Below are positions 19,648 to 30,664 of a stretch of 64,000 nucleotides of DNA, in pieces. Source of the stretch: Candidatus Obscuribacteraceae bacterium. Lineage in GTDB: Bacteria > Cyanobacteriota > Vampirovibrionia > Obscuribacterales > Obscuribacteraceae. The translations under genes and the position numbers were made by a program. The notes beneath the pieces were generated by a model. It had not been told where the DNA came from. It worked only from the letters and a program-made list of their open reading frames with translations, and ran no database searches. Where the stretch lies: the NCBI GenBank assembly GCA_044226015.1, contig JBGAHS010000010.1:320001-384000 (forward strand), read 5' to 3'. Each line of letters starts with the position of its first letter. The stretch's first letter is position 1.

Positions 19648-20793
19648 TTACTTGCTTTGACGAGCACGCAAGAATTCTGGAATGTCCAAAATTTCTGATG
19701 CGATTTTCTTGTACTCGTTTGTGCTAGCTGGCTTTGATTCTGTTGTTGGGGCAGCAGCTGCAGGAGTTGCCGGAGCTTCTTCCTTCTTCTTCGGAACTGC
19801 TTGCGGTACCACTCTGGTGCGTGTTGTGTCCTGGTTGAGCATGTCGAAGCCTGTCGCGATGACAGTTATGAGCACTTCGCCATGTACGCGCTCGTCGATG
19901 ATCGCGCCGAAGATGATATTTGCTTCTTCGGATACCGATGAGTAAACAACGTTTGCTGCTTCCTGAACTTCATGCAACGTGAGGTCTGGTCCACCGGTGA
20001 CGGTGAAGATAACACCGGAAGCACCATCGATGGTGGTTTCGAGCAAGGGGCTGTTGATAGCATTTCTTGCTGCTTCCATAGCTCTGCCTTCGCCTGTCGC
20101 TTTGCCGACGCCCATGAGAGCTGAGCCAGCAGTTTGCATGATTGCTTTAACGTCAGCGAAGTCAACGTTGATTAAGCCTGGAACTGTGATGATGTCTGAG
20201 ATTGCTTGAACACCTTGCATCAATACTTTGTCTGCTTCAACGAATGCATCTTGCATCGAGGCACGATGATCAACAACTTCGAGTAATCTCTGGTTTGGAA
20301 TCGTGATGAGTGTGTCTACTCTTTCTTTGATTTGCGAAATGCCTAAGTCAGCTTGATTGCTGCGGCGCTTTCCTTCGAACAAAAATGGTTTGGTTACTAC
20401 ACCGACTGTCAGTGCGCCCATCTCTTTGGCTACTTCAGCTACGATTGGAGCAGCACCAGTACCGGTGCCTCCACCCATACCTGCAGCGATGAATACCATG
20501 TCAGCGCCAGCGAGGGCGTTTGCGATTTCTTCGCGGCTTTCTTCAGCTGCTTTTTCGCCGATTGTAGGATTGCCGCCAGCTCCCAGACCGCGTGTGAGCT
20601 TTACGCCAATCTGAATTCTGTTTTTAGCTGAAGACAACTCCAGTGCTTGGGCGTCCGTGTTGCATGTCCAAAATTCGATACCGTTAAGACCGGCAGCAAT
20701 CATTCGATTAACTGCATTGGAACCGGCACCGCCGACACCAACGACTTTGATATTTGCTTTGGACAATGACTTGTCGTTCTTTTCGCTCGCCAC
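19648..20793 (-). CDS. ftsZ: Cell division protein FtsZ
   Basis: [35 protein letters not shown]-terminal LDIPEFLR peptide. Confidence 0.98.
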   Translation of the reverse strand: MASEKNDKSLSKANIKVVGVGGAGSNAVNRMIAAGLNGIEFWTCNTDAQALELSSAKNRIQIGVKLTRGLGAGGNPTIGEKAAEESREEIANALAGADMVFIAAGMGGGTGTGAAPIVAEVAKEMGALTVGVVTKPFLFEGKRRSNQADLGISQIKERVDTLITIPNQRLLEVVDHRASMQDAFVEADKVLMQGVQAISDIITVPGLINVDFADVKAIMQTAGSALMGVGKATGEGRAMEAARNAINSPLLETTIDGASGVIFTVTGGPDLTLHEVQEAANVVYSSVSEEANIIFGAIIDERVHGEVLITVIATGFDMLNQDTTRTRVVPQAVPKKKEEAPATPAAAAPTTESKPASTNEYKKIASEILDIPEFLRARQSK

Positions 20794-21198
20794 GATTTAG
20801 GACCTCATTTATATGTACAAAAGATAGTTAGAACGGCTGAGACCAGCCATAATAGCCTGAACTCGCGCGATTTCTTGAGTTCTTTACTGCATTATCGTAT
20901 AGCCACTGTGATGCATTTGCAAGACATCTTAGCTCTCCAGTTGTTAAGAATCCGCTAGGAAACTGCCCTCCCATATTCAGTTTAGACATATCGGTTGTCT
21001 CTTGGCTGCCTTCGGGCTTTGCATCAAAAATGGGCTCAAATTAGAAAATCAAAATTGTTACTAGTTCGTCATCTGTCGTTCGAATATAAGAAACTACACA
21101 TGTTATCTGACCCATAAACCGCGCTCTTTTCTGATCCAATTTCTATTCAAATAATAGGAACTGTTGGCACCATTCACAACCAAATAGGCTTCCTTACT

Positions 21199-21226
21199 AA
21201 AAGTGGAGGCTTAAGAGCCTCCACTT
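21199..21226 (-). terminator. Probable terminator after the TPR gene pair
   Basis: 10-bp stem AAGTGGAGGC/GCCTCCACTT with a short T tract on the minus strand. Confidence 0.65.
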
Positions 21227-21310
21227 CGATTCAATTTCATAGCCACGAAGCGTTGGTGCTCAGCCCATATGTCCATAGGAACTAGATCAGAGGGTGCGCA
21301 ATCTGAACAC

Positions 21311-22132
21311 TTAGTGTTTTGACTGCAGCTTCTTCAATGATGTTTTGAACTCAGGATTTTCTGGCTCAAGTGCAACTGCACGTTGCTCTGAGTCAATGGC
21401 TTTATCCATGTTGCTTTGTGCCGCCATAACGACAGCAAGCATGTGATATGCCATTGCATAGCGCGGGTCTATCTCAACTGCTGTTTCTAATTCCTTTTGA
21501 GCATCGGGTAGTTTTTCTTGATAGAGATATGCATAGCCCAGGTAGTAGTGCGCATCAGCGTCTTTTGGATTCAACTCCAGCGCTTTCTTTTCTTCGGTCA
21601 CCTGACCGGCGAGGTCGCCCATAAGTCCAAGAGCCGCACCTAGCTCACGATGCGCCATTGCACTTTTCTCGTCCGATTTGATTGCCTGACGGAATTCTTC
21701 GATAGCTTCCTGGTCTCTTTTCTTGCGGCAGAGCACTTGTCCTAATCGAATGTGGTATTCAGCGTTTTGAGGGTCGCGCTTTGTTGCCTCTTTGAACGCA
21801 ACGATCGCCTGGTCAACATTTTTCAGGCGCATGTAAGCTTTGCCCATGTTGAATGCAGCCTTACCGTCGCCAGGAGCCAGTTCCATAGAGGATTTATACT
21901 CTTTCACTGCGCCTTCCATGTTTCCCGACATCATGTACGCATCACCGAGTTTTGCGTGAGTTTCAGGATTGCTCGGGTTGACTCCTATAGCGGCTTGATA
22001 TCGAATGATTGTGTTCTGGATATCTTCTTTCTCTTGCGTTGAGCTATCTGCTGCAAAAGCCGTGCCTGCGCTCGTTCCCAGCAGAGCTGACGTACCCATC
22101 ATCGCAATCATCATACCTATTTGCTTTCGCAT
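21311..22132 (-). CDS. Secreted TPR protein
   Basis: Signal peptide (AFA cleavage motif), several TPR units; AAGGAG upstream of ATG 22132. Confidence 0.88.
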   Translation of the reverse strand: MRKQIGMMIAMMGTSALLGTSAGTAFAADSSTQEKEDIQNTIIRYQAAIGVNPSNPETHAKLGDAYMMSGNMEGAVKEYKSSMELAPGDGKAAFNMGKAYMRLKNVDQAIVAFKEATKRDPQNAEYHIRLGQVLCRKKRDQEAIEEFRQAIKSDEKSAMAHRELGAALGLMGDLAGQVTEEKKALELNPKDADAHYYLGYAYLYQEKLPDAQKELETAVEIDPRYAMAYHMLAVVMAAQSNMDKAIDSEQRAVALEPENPEFKTSLKKLQSKH

Positions 22133-22248
22133 CGCTTTAATCGCTCCTTTGGCGCGCAAAATCGCCCAATGTTTAGCCGTGAACTAAATCAACTTCAGTT
22201 CATTCATAGCAGTTATCGTCACGTTTGACCTTAAGGGCGCTTAGTGCG

Positions 22249-23265
22249 CTACTTGAGGGCACCCTGTCCAGACAATCGGATACCGCCAGTATTCTTTTTG
22301 ATGGCTCCGCCGTCACCACCGCTTTGAAGCATTCTGGCAAGCGAACCTTTTGAATCCATATCGGCTGGGTTCAAAGCAACGGCTCGAGTATATTCTTCAA
22401 TGGCATTTCTCTTCTCTCCGCGAATTTCGTAGAGATAGCCCTGCATCAGATGCACAAAATAGCTCTTTGGGCTAAGTTTGTTCGAAAAATCAAGAAGTTT
22501 CTGAGCATTTACATAATCCTTCTTTGCCATGAAACACTTAGCTAGAGAGCAATAGGCGTTAACGTTGCTTTTATCGAGTTGAAGGGTCTTTTTGTAAGCA
22601 TCGGCTGCTTTATCGTAATCATTCTGCAGCTCGTACATCGCGCCAAGGTTGTACGACGCGGTCGCGTTTTTTGGGTCCTTCTCCAATATGTACTTGTATT
22701 GACCGATTGCCGAATCAATCTGATTCATCATCATCAAGCAGTTCGCCAAATTTCCTCGTGCGGCTAGGTCATCAGGGTTCTGTTTCAAAACCTGAAAGTA
22801 CTGACCTCCAGCTTCGTCCCAGCGCGCATCTTTCATCATCATGTCGCCCAGAAGAAATCGAGCCTGAATATTTGCGGGGTCATTTTTCAGGCATTCAAAA
22901 ATATCCATCTGAGCCTGCTCAGGCTTCCTTAATCCGACATAGCAATGTGCTAAGCCCAGGTGCGCACCAGCCGAATTCGGGTTCAATGTTGCGCATCTCT
23001 GGAAACAGATTAAAGCAAGTTCAAAATTGGCTTGCTTTAGATAGGTGTTGCCATTCTTAAAACTGGCATCGTATTCGGTTTGCTGCTCTTTTGTAAGTTT
23101 CAGCTTAGCGACAGGAGCGAGTATGTCTATTTCGTCCTCCTTTGCCTTGCCGAATGGAAGTGCCATACATTGCGCTGCAAACGAGACTGCAATCAACAAG
23201 GTTCCAGCAAGTGCCAGCGCTGATTTCCTTTTAGAGAACTGAAAAAGCGGGATGTTGTTTTGCAT
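22249..23265 (-). CDS. Secreted TPR protein
   Basis: Signal peptide followed by several TPR units. Confidence 0.88.
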   Translation of the reverse strand: MQNNIPLFQFSKRKSALALAGTLLIAVSFAAQCMALPFGKAKEDEIDILAPVAKLKLTKEQQTEYDASFKNGNTYLKQANFELALICFQRCATLNPNSAGAHLGLAHCYVGLRKPEQAQMDIFECLKNDPANIQARFLLGDMMMKDARWDEAGGQYFQVLKQNPDDLAARGNLANCLMMMNQIDSAIGQYKYILEKDPKNATASYNLGAMYELQNDYDKAADAYKKTLQLDKSNVNAYCSLAKCFMAKKDYVNAQKLLDFSNKLSPKSYFVHLMQGYLYEIRGEKRNAIEEYTRAVALNPADMDSKGSLARMLQSGGDGGAIKKNTGGIRLSGQGALK

Positions 23266-23449
23266 AAATTTCCTGACCAGTCATGTCATGGGCTACCGAT
23301 TACGAGATGTGGCAGCAGCTTGGCAATATAGTCTACGATCTTATTGACATGAAACCATTAACTGACTTTGATATATTTCTCTTATCAGGATTTAAGAAAT
23401 TTGCTTTAATGCAATTCAGCAGACCAGATGATTAGTAAGGCACCAATTT

Positions 23450-24721
23450 TTGGACTTAAACAACCTCTCTTTTATCTTCTTTAATTACGTATTTCCGCCT
23501 GTCGCCTATGCGGTTCATGGTTGGCTAGCAACCGCAATGGCTATTGCAGCTTTGTTTCGTCCCTATGAGCCCTGGTTTTTTCCATTCACTAACTGGCAGA
23601 TTCCCTGTACCCCAGGTATTTTTCCGAAACGTCGAGCCAAGCTCGCGGCAGCGGTGGCAACAACAATTACCGAAACCCTTTTGACGAATGATGACGTTAA
23701 ACGGCAGGTAGAAAGTCTGGTAACCGAACAAAATATTTATCTTGCTGTCGATGGTTTTGTTGATGCTGTGTTGAGGGAATTTCGCGACACGGACAAGCTG
23801 CATAGGCTTGCAAAAGATATTTCTGAGTTGAGCCCAGCTTTGTTGCAGCAGTATGTAACCTCTATAGTTGATGGGCTCGAATCAGGACAGGACAAGCGTG
23901 TTGCTAGCATGCTGGAAAAACTCTTCGATCACGTTTTGTTATCGACTCGTATATCCAAAGAGCAGTCTGATGAAATTGCTGAACGCATTATGGAGAACAT
24001 AGTGAGTCCGGCTCAAATACGCGGCGTTTTGGTGAACATGCTCACACCGCAGAATATTGGTGCATTAGATGACTCAATTCAAGCTCATGCAACCCCACCG
24101 TTGAAGCTTCTTGCAAGAATTATCAATGTGAAAAATGTCTGTAATGAGACTCGCAAATTTATGGAGTCTGACCCTGACAAAGCCGCCAAAGTCATCAATG
24201 ACTTGATTCATCGCTTCGACATTAAAGGGCAAATTTCACAGAAGATAATGACCTTCGATATGCGTGCCATGCCGATGCAGAGCGTTGCTAATCTTCGAAC
24301 CAGTTTAATTAGTTTCGTGGAATCTTTTCTGGTTGAGCACAAACAAGACCTTGTTAGCGGTGTTGAGAGAATTCAGGGTGAGGCAATTGGTACAGTGCAA
24401 AATGCAATCATCAGTTTCAACCCTGGCTCTATATCTGATTTGTGGCTACAAAAGATCAAGCGCGAAATTTCCAATTTTATGTATTTCTATTTGAAACGAG
24501 AGCTAGGAGCCCTTTTAGAGCAAGCTATTCCGAAGCTGGGCACTTACGGAATGATTGCAAATAAGATTGAGCATTTCTCACCGCAAGAACTGGAAAGCCT
24601 TGTTCAGCGCATATGCAAGCAAGAACTTAAATGGCTTGAAGTGCTTGGAGGATTTATTGGTTTCTGGTTAGGCTTGGTTCAAGTCACTGTGAATATTTTT
24701 TCCTTGCAGCATCATCACTAG
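23450..24721 (+). CDS. DUF445 family membrane protein
   Basis: N-terminal GWLATAMAIAALFRPY...TPGIFPKRR and C-terminal ELKWLEVLGGFIGFWLGLVQ, characteristic of DUF445. Confidence 0.85.
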   Translation: MDLNNLSFIFFNYVFPPVAYAVHGWLATAMAIAALFRPYEPWFFPFTNWQIPCTPGIFPKRRAKLAAAVATTITETLLTNDDVKRQVESLVTEQNIYLAVDGFVDAVLREFRDTDKLHRLAKDISELSPALLQQYVTSIVDGLESGQDKRVASMLEKLFDHVLLSTRISKEQSDEIAERIMENIVSPAQIRGVLVNMLTPQNIGALDDSIQAHATPPLKLLARIINVKNVCNETRKFMESDPDKAAKVINDLIHRFDIKGQISQKIMTFDMRAMPMQSVANLRTSLISFVESFLVEHKQDLVSGVERIQGEAIGTVQNAIISFNPGSISDLWLQKIKREISNFMYFYLKRELGALLEQAIPKLGTYGMIANKIEHFSPQELESLVQRICKQELKWLEVLGGFIGFWLGLVQVTVNIFSLQHHH

Positions 24722-25033
24722 TTTCCAGGCTTATTGAGTCGGCTCATAGACGCATAGAGTTTTTCAATCTCTTCAGGTTTGCTCAAACCTTAACAGATAG
24801 TCTTTTTATGCGTTAGCTTCGGATTAATGTGCCATAATTTTGTTGCAGACATTATTTTGGTTCTGCGTGAACAAGGCAGAGCCAGAGGCTCCTTTTTTTG
24901 CTGTTCGAATTTTGTGGTCCAGACTTCATTTCCTTCTATCTCCATTTTTCGTGCTAATTAAATCTTAGACAGACCATACACTCTCGATGGTTTCACGTTG
25001 AAATCATGGGGCTACACTTTCAGGGAAGCAACT

Positions 25034-27934
25034 ATGAAAATCGCAGGTATCGCCGTGGCTGATGATGACGAGAAGATTGCCCAAATTGAGCGCAATTTGA
25101 ATCGTAAGCAGCAGGACTTCATTGTTGTGCGAGGCGCCAGGCAGCACAATTTGAAGAACATCAATGTAAACATTCCGCGTAATAAGCTCGTCGTAATTAC
25201 AGGTGTTTCTGGTTCGGGAAAATCCTCACTTGCTTTCGATACTATTTTTGCGGAAGGTCAGCGTCGCTATGTTGAGTCGCTGTCAGCCTATGCTCGGCAG
25301 TTTTTGGGGCAATTGGATAAACCAGATGTCGATGCGATTGAAGGGTTGAGTCCTGCGATTTCAATTGACCAGAAATCAACAAGTCACAATCCACGTTCTA
25401 CTGTGGGAACAGTCACTGAAATTTACGACTACTTGCGTTTGTTGTACGCGAGAATCGGAATTCCACACTGTCCGAAATGCGCTCAAAGAATAAATCCACA
25501 GAGCATCGATCAAATCGTTGACCAGGTTATGAGTTTGCCTGAGTCGAGCAAAATTCAGGTGCTCGCTCCATTGATTGTGGGCAGAAAAGGCGAATACAGT
25601 GCTTTGTTTGCTGAACTAAAAAAAGAAGGATTTGCGCGTGTTCGAGTTGATGGTGAAGTGCATCAATTGGAAGATGACATCAAGTTGGATAAGAACAAGA
25701 AGCACACCGTTGATCTGGTGGTTGACCGACTTGTCGTGAAGGCAAACATTCGTTCGCGTCTTGCAGATAGTCTTTCTCTGGCATTGACTTGGGGAAAGTC
25801 AAATGTTCTGATAGAAGTGATGAGCGAAGGTCGAGAATTACTCTTCTCTGAAAAATTCGCTTGCGCACTATGTAATCTGAGCTTTACTGAAGTTGCTCCG
25901 CGCACATTCAGTTTCAACAGCCCTTATGGAGCCTGTGAAGACTGCCACGGATTGGGCTGTACTTTTGAAATTGACCCATCAATAGTTGTTCCTGACTCAT
26001 CCAAGAGTTTGCGAGAAGGAGCGATTTACCCCTGGTCTAAGAGTGGCAATAGTTATTACGAGCAGATTCTAGAATCTGTAGCGAAGCACTATAAATTCAG
26101 CATGGACACTCCATTTGAAAAGCTATCGAAGGCTAATAAAGAAGTACTGTTCAATGGCAGTGGCAGTGAAAACATCAAACTTGTACATGACTCTTACGAT
26201 GGTCGTGAAGTCTGGGAATATCGCAAGCCTTTTGAAGGTGTACTTGTGAATTTGAAGCGTCGCCATGGCGAGTCAAATTCTGATCGTGTTCGCTCAGAAA
26301 TCGAAAACTACATGAAGGAAATGCCTTGCGCAAGCTGTAAAGGCGCGCGTTTGAAGCCCGAAGCACTCGCCGTAAAAGTAGGTGGTGTTTCTATTGCAGA
26401 ACTCTGTAGCATGTCCATTACGAAGTCACTTGAGTTTACCCAATCTCTGCCACCAAAGTTGAGTCAGAGAGAAAAAACTATCGCGAATTTGGTGCTAAAA
26501 GAAATTGAAGCTCGTCAGAGATTTCTTGTCGATGTTGGACTGAATTATTTGACTCTTGAAAGAAAAGCTTCGACATTATCTGGCGGTGAAGCGCAGAGAA
26601 TCAGGCTTGCAACTCAAATAGGCTCGGGACTATCGGGTGTTCTGTATGTTCTCGATGAACCTTCAATTGGTCTGCATCAGCGCGATAACAACAGGCTGAT
26701 TGCCACTCTGAAACGCTTGCGAGATTTAGGCAACACTCTGATTGTTGTTGAGCATGATGAAGATACTATCGCTGAGTCAGACTGGATCATTGATATCGGT
26801 CCTGGTGCCGGAACTCATGGTGGCAACTTAGTCGTTGAAGGTGACTTAGCTACTGTTTGCGCCTCACATGAATCGATGACTGGCACCTATCTGTCAGGGC
26901 GAAAGAAGATTCCAATTCCGAAAAAACGTCGAGCTGGAAATGGTGGCAAGCTAGTAATGAAGAAAGCCACCCTAAACAACTTGAAGGGAATTGATGTCGA
27001 AATTCCTATGGGTAAGTTTGTCGCAGTTACCGGTGTAAGCGGCTCTGGCAAGAGTTCTTTGGTAAATGATTTGCTCTTCCAGTATTTGCGAAATAAGGTC
27101 TATGGAACTGTCGCACTTCCAGTCGGAATTGCAGATGTGAAAGGTTACGAGGAAATCGATAAGGTTATTGATATTGATCAATCACCTATCGGTCGAACTC
27201 CTCGTTCGAACCCTGCTACATACACGGGTCTTTTCGATATTATTCGCGAAGTGTTTTCGATGACTAATGAAGCGAAAGCGCGCGGATATCTGCCAGGACG
27301 TTTCTCCTTCAATGTGAAAGGTGGACGCTGCGAAGCTTGTCGCGGTGAAGGTATGAATGAAATCGAAATGAACTTCTTACCTTCTGTATTCGTCAACTGT
27401 GAAGTGTGCAAAGGCGCTCGCTACAATCGCGAAACTCTGGAAGTTAAGTTCAAGGGTAAATCGATTGCTGATGTTTTGGAGATGACTGTCGAAGAAGCTC
27501 AGGAGTTTTTCTCAAGCATTCCGAAAGCTCATTCCAAACTTGTGACATTGAAGGAAGTAGGGCTTGATTACGTCAAGTTGGGGCAATCAGCAACAACACT
27601 ATCTGGTGGAGAAGCGCAGCGAGTCAAGCTCGCCGAGCAGCTTTCGAAACGCTCGACCGGAAAAACCATCTACATTCTCGATGAACCAACGACCGGGCTT
27701 TCATTCGCTGATGTTGATAAGCTACTTTCAGTTTTGAACAAGCTGGTGGATAGCGGCAATACTGTTGTCATAATTGAACATAATCTTGATGTCATCAAAC
27801 AAGCCGATTGGATTGTTGATCTGGGTCCGGAAGGTGGCGACGGCGGCGGTCAAATCGTTGCTGTAGGAACGCCGGAGACGATTTGCAAGGTTCCAGCTTC
27901 CTATACGGGTCAGTTCTTGAAGAAGTTATTTTAA
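25034..27934 (+). CDS. uvrA: Excinuclease ABC subunit A
   Basis: GARQHNLKN, two Walker A motifs [18 protein letters not shown] twice, zinc fingers; start uncertain (24998/25034/25055). Confidence 0.98.
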   Translation: MKIAGIAVADDDEKIAQIERNLNRKQQDFIVVRGARQHNLKNINVNIPRNKLVVITGVSGSGKSSLAFDTIFAEGQRRYVESLSAYARQFLGQLDKPDVDAIEGLSPAISIDQKSTSHNPRSTVGTVTEIYDYLRLLYARIGIPHCPKCAQRINPQSIDQIVDQVMSLPESSKIQVLAPLIVGRKGEYSALFAELKKEGFARVRVDGEVHQLEDDIKLDKNKKHTVDLVVDRLVVKANIRSRLADSLSLALTWGKSNVLIEVMSEGRELLFSEKFACALCNLSFTEVAPRTFSFNSPYGACEDCHGLGCTFEIDPSIVVPDSSKSLREGAIYPWSKSGNSYYEQILESVAKHYKFSMDTPFEKLSKANKEVLFNGSGSENIKLVHDSYDGREVWEYRKPFEGVLVNLKRRHGESNSDRVRSEIENYMKEMPCASCKGARLKPEALAVKVGGVSIAELCSMSITKSLEFTQSLPPKLSQREKTIANLVLKEIEARQRFLVDVGLNYLTLERKASTLSGGEAQRIRLATQIGSGLSGVLYVLDEPSIGLHQRDNNRLIATLKRLRDLGNTLIVVEHDEDTIAESDWIIDIGPGAGTHGGNLVVEGDLATVCASHESMTGTYLSGRKKIPIPKKRRAGNGGKLVMKKATLNNLKGIDVEIPMGKFVAVTGVSGSGKSSLVNDLLFQYLRNKVYGTVALPVGIADVKGYEEIDKVIDIDQSPIGRTPRSNPATYTGLFDIIREVFSMTNEAKARGYLPGRFSFNVKGGRCEACRGEGMNEIEMNFLPSVFVNCEVCKGARYNRETLEVKFKGKSIADVLEMTVEEAQEFFSSIPKAHSKLVTLKEVGLDYVKLGQSATTLSGGEAQRVKLAEQLSKRSTGKTIYILDEPTTGLSFADVDKLLSVLNKLVDSGNTVVIIEHNLDVIKQADWIVDLGPEGGDGGGQIVAVGTPETICKVPASYTGQFLKKLF

Positions 27935-28023
27935 GCTATCAAGATAGCCTCAGGTCTGGTAAATTGGGTACAGGGCTTAGGTTTTGTGTGTCAAAACCTG
28001 CGATCAGTCACTGAGGTTTCATT

Positions 28024-28527
28024 GTGTCCGGAAAGAGCAGAGCTAAAGAGAAAGACGGAGAGCAAGCAACAAAGCAAACCTCCGTTTTTGACAGCTTGCG
28101 CAAGAAAGGTCATCGCATAACAGCTCAGAGAGAGACCATTCTGGCAATTTTTCGTGAGCAAGACCCTGGCACACATTTATCGGCCGAAGAGTTATACAGC
28201 ATTCTCAAAGAGCGGGCTTCCAATGTGAGTCTAGCTACCACCTATAGGACTTTGAAATTGCTGTCGCAGTTAGGGCTTTTGCGCGAATTAGATTTTGCGG
28301 AAGGGCACAAACATTATGAGCTAAAGGAAGATGACCAGCCGCACCAACACATAATCTGCCTGGTGTGCAATAAAACATTAGAGTTCGAAGACCATTTCCT
28401 TGAAGAGGCTGGGCAAAAAATTGGAGCCCGGTACAACTTTGAAGTCATAGATGCACAATTCAAAATTTTCGGCATGTGTCCATCATGCAGAACACAGCAG
28501 AAAGCTAAGCGGATTTCTCCAAAATGA
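28024..28527 (+). CDS. fur: Fur family transcriptional regulator
   Basis: RITAQRETIL, HLSAEELY, SLATTYRTL, HQHIICLVC, CPSC. Confidence 0.92.
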   Translation: MSGKSRAKEKDGEQATKQTSVFDSLRKKGHRITAQRETILAIFREQDPGTHLSAEELYSILKERASNVSLATTYRTLKLLSQLGLLRELDFAEGHKHYELKEDDQPHQHIICLVCNKTLEFEDHFLEEAGQKIGARYNFEVIDAQFKIFGMCPSCRTQQKAKRISPK

Positions 28528-28751
28528 TGTTGGCTGATGCTAAAGATGGTGACAAGCTTGTTGTCTTAGCAACACTGGACGACGAGATTAGCGTTCAGGC
28601 TTTAAGGTTTGGTATCGATAGCGGTGCCGAGATTCAGGTTGAGAAAAATATCAGGGGTGGTCCGGTAATTGTGTCACGCAACCACCTTGAGATTGCCATT
28701 GGCCGTGAAATCGCTAAGAATATAGAAGTAAGACTTCGGGATGAGGCTTGA
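28524..28751 (+). CDS. feoA: FeoA family SH3-like protein
   Basis: 75 aa, LRFGIDSGAEIQV...GPVIV...IAIGREIAKNIEV; ATGA overlap with fur. Confidence 0.85.
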   Translation: MMLADAKDGDKLVVLATLDDEISVQALRFGIDSGAEIQVEKNIRGGPVIVSRNHLEIAIGREIAKNIEVRLRDEA

Positions 28752-28752
28752 G

Positions 28753-29061
28753 ATGGCCTACGACAAACTGATTTGTCCAAATTGCAAATATCCCTTGACG
28801 GCTCCATCGTCATCGACTCAAGTGTCATGTCCTCGATGTGAAACATGGCTGGAGCTTGAGGCAAGATGCAATGGTGTATGCTTAAGCTGTCATGCCGTCA
28901 AAAAGGCTGAAAACACAGGCAGCTGCGCTGATCTCGGCGAACAGCCGCTGACTCGATTCGATAAATCCAATGAAGCCAATAGTTCCGGCGCAACAAATAC
29001 TAAAAATAAAGGGGCTGGTTCGGGACTAAAGGCTCTATTCAAGAAGGTTTTTCATGTATGA
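28753..29061 (+). CDS. Small Cys-rich (zinc-ribbon / Fe-S-like) protein
   Basis: CPNC, CPRC, CNGVCLSC and one more Cys; abuts the feoA stop. Confidence 0.7.
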   Translation: MAYDKLICPNCKYPLTAPSSSTQVSCPRCETWLELEARCNGVCLSCHAVKKAENTGSCADLGEQPLTRFDKSNEANSSGATNTKNKGAGSGLKALFKKVFHV

Positions 29062-29065
29062 TGAT

Positions 29066-29117
29066 TTTGGTACTTTGTATTACTACGTTTGAGAAACGTA
29101 GTGAATGAGGTACTAAA
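29066..29117. other. Intergenic inverted repeat (hairpin or operator)
   Basis: ACTACGTTT-gag-AAACGTAGT core, flanked by TTTGGTAC/GTACTAAA; no U tract. Confidence 0.55.
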
Positions 29118-29158
29118 TATAGGGTTATGGGGTTCGTGTTGGGTTTTCAACAAGTCCG

Positions 29159-30442
29159 ATGAATCGATGGAAGGGACCCGGATACAAAGCCGGGCAAACT
29201 ATCGCATGTAAAGTGTTGGCCGCTGAGCCAGGTGGTTATTCGGTAATTATTCCGAAGGACGGCGCTCGCGGATTTCTGCCAACAGAGGCAAAGCTCAAGA
29301 TCGGCGAGGAAGTTCTCGCTCAGTACGTTTGTGTCCATAACAATCGAATTCTTTTATCAGCCAGAATGAACGCGCAGCAAGCCTCTGGAAATTCCGCGTC
29401 AAGGTCTCAGAGCCCTGACTGGACACAGATGGCATCCAGCGGTGTTCATGCACCACCTAATCAGACCGGACAGTTCCCCGCGCAGCAATCGGGAGCTTAT
29501 CCAGCACAAACGGGTTCGTATCCAACACAGACAGATCCAGCGCAGACTGGAGGATACCCAGCCCAAACAGGGCAGTATCCCGCTCAAAACGATCCCTACG
29601 CAACTGGGCAGTACCCGCAGCAACAACCGCCGATGCAAGGTGCTCAAAGTGGTGCATACCATTCACCAACGCAGCCCTATCAAGGTCAAACCCCCACCGG
29701 AATTCCAGAGCAAGAGCGAGCTTTTCTTGTTTATGCCGAAGGCAAACCTATGAACATTCGATTGCGCCGAGCAATCGACTTGATTTTGCCACCACTAGAC
29801 AGAAATCAGCAACCCAACAAGATGCGTATAAACCAGGGTGATGATCTGCTCTGGTTAATCACGGACCTCGAAGGTGGCATGAGAACTGGCTGCGTCAAAG
29901 CGTTCTGTGAGCCAAAGAAGTCTCGCTCAGCTGTTCTGTTATACAAAGGTCGTGCTGTAGGATGCATCTACGGAAATAAGCAATTGCGTGAGCCGCTGCC
30001 TACAGAAAGTTCCTTGCAAATGATGTTGAAAGATTGCACGACGCCAGACACGCACCTGGTGATGTACGGCCTTCCTGAGGAAGTTACGCTTGCTATGTCT
30101 GCACTCTTCCTTGGCTATCCTGTTGAGCGTTCTGATGATCTCGATGCAAAATCCTATATGGATTACATCATGAGCTGGTTTACTCAGAAAGAACAGACTG
30201 CATGTCTGGCATTCTCTCTGCCTTCCTCTGGGGCGACTCTTCTTGCATTCATTTACAAGGGAAGTTTTGTTGGCTCCTTCTATGTGGAAACGCAAGAGTA
30301 TTCGCGAGAAATCAACTTTGTGTATAACCTCATTCAATCTGACCCACAGTCTCGCTGTGAGGCTTCTATTTTGCCTCCTGAACTTACTTCAGCCTCGGTT
30401 CGTCTGGGCTTTAGTCTGAGCATGAACATGCCAAAAATGTAG
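29159..30442 (+). CDS. Protein with an N-terminal S1/OB-like domain, QTGxYPA low-complexity repeats and an unknown C-terminal domain
   Basis: YKAGQTIACKVLAAEPGGYSV...RGFLP...IGEEVLAQ is S1-like; ~6 xTGxYP-type repeats. Confidence 0.75.
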   Translation: MNRWKGPGYKAGQTIACKVLAAEPGGYSVIIPKDGARGFLPTEAKLKIGEEVLAQYVCVHNNRILLSARMNAQQASGNSASRSQSPDWTQMASSGVHAPPNQTGQFPAQQSGAYPAQTGSYPTQTDPAQTGGYPAQTGQYPAQNDPYATGQYPQQQPPMQGAQSGAYHSPTQPYQGQTPTGIPEQERAFLVYAEGKPMNIRLRRAIDLILPPLDRNQQPNKMRINQGDDLLWLITDLEGGMRTGCVKAFCEPKKSRSAVLLYKGRAVGCIYGNKQLREPLPTESSLQMMLKDCTTPDTHLVMYGLPEEVTLAMSALFLGYPVERSDDLDAKSYMDYIMSWFTQKEQTACLAFSLPSSGATLLAFIYKGSFVGSFYVETQEYSREINFVYNLIQSDPQSRCEASILPPELTSASVRLGFSLSMNMPKM

Positions 30443-30487
30443 TTAGCTGAATCTGTGCTTGTTGCTCAACGGTTGATTCACTATCGG

Positions 30488-30539
30488 TGCATCACTCGCT
30501 TGCATCACTCGCTTGCATCACTCGGTGCAGCACCTCGCT
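30488..30539. repeat. 13-bp tandem repeat (TGCATCACTCGCT, ~4 copies, last two degenerate)
   Basis: tgcatcactcgct tgcatcactcgct tgcatcactcgg tgcagcacctcgct, between convergent genes. Confidence 0.85.
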
Positions 30540-30607
30540 TTGTTCAGCATTCATGGATCACCTGAGTTGTTTTACTATCGACAGTTCGTTCTAACTTTGA
30601 GCTTCTG

Positions 30608-30643
30608 AAAAGAAAAGGACTGGTGTTGCCACCAATCCCTTTT
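30608..30643 (-). terminator. Intrinsic terminator of rne
   Basis: Minus strand GGATTGGTG-GCAA-CACCAGTCC then TTTTCTTTT. Confidence 0.75.
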
Positions 30644-30664
30644 AGAATTTAGTTGACTGAGAGT

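Noticed and set aside
24722..25033. LexA box upstream of uvrA
   Set aside because: No GAAC-N4-GTTC or GTAC-N4-GTWC match seen.
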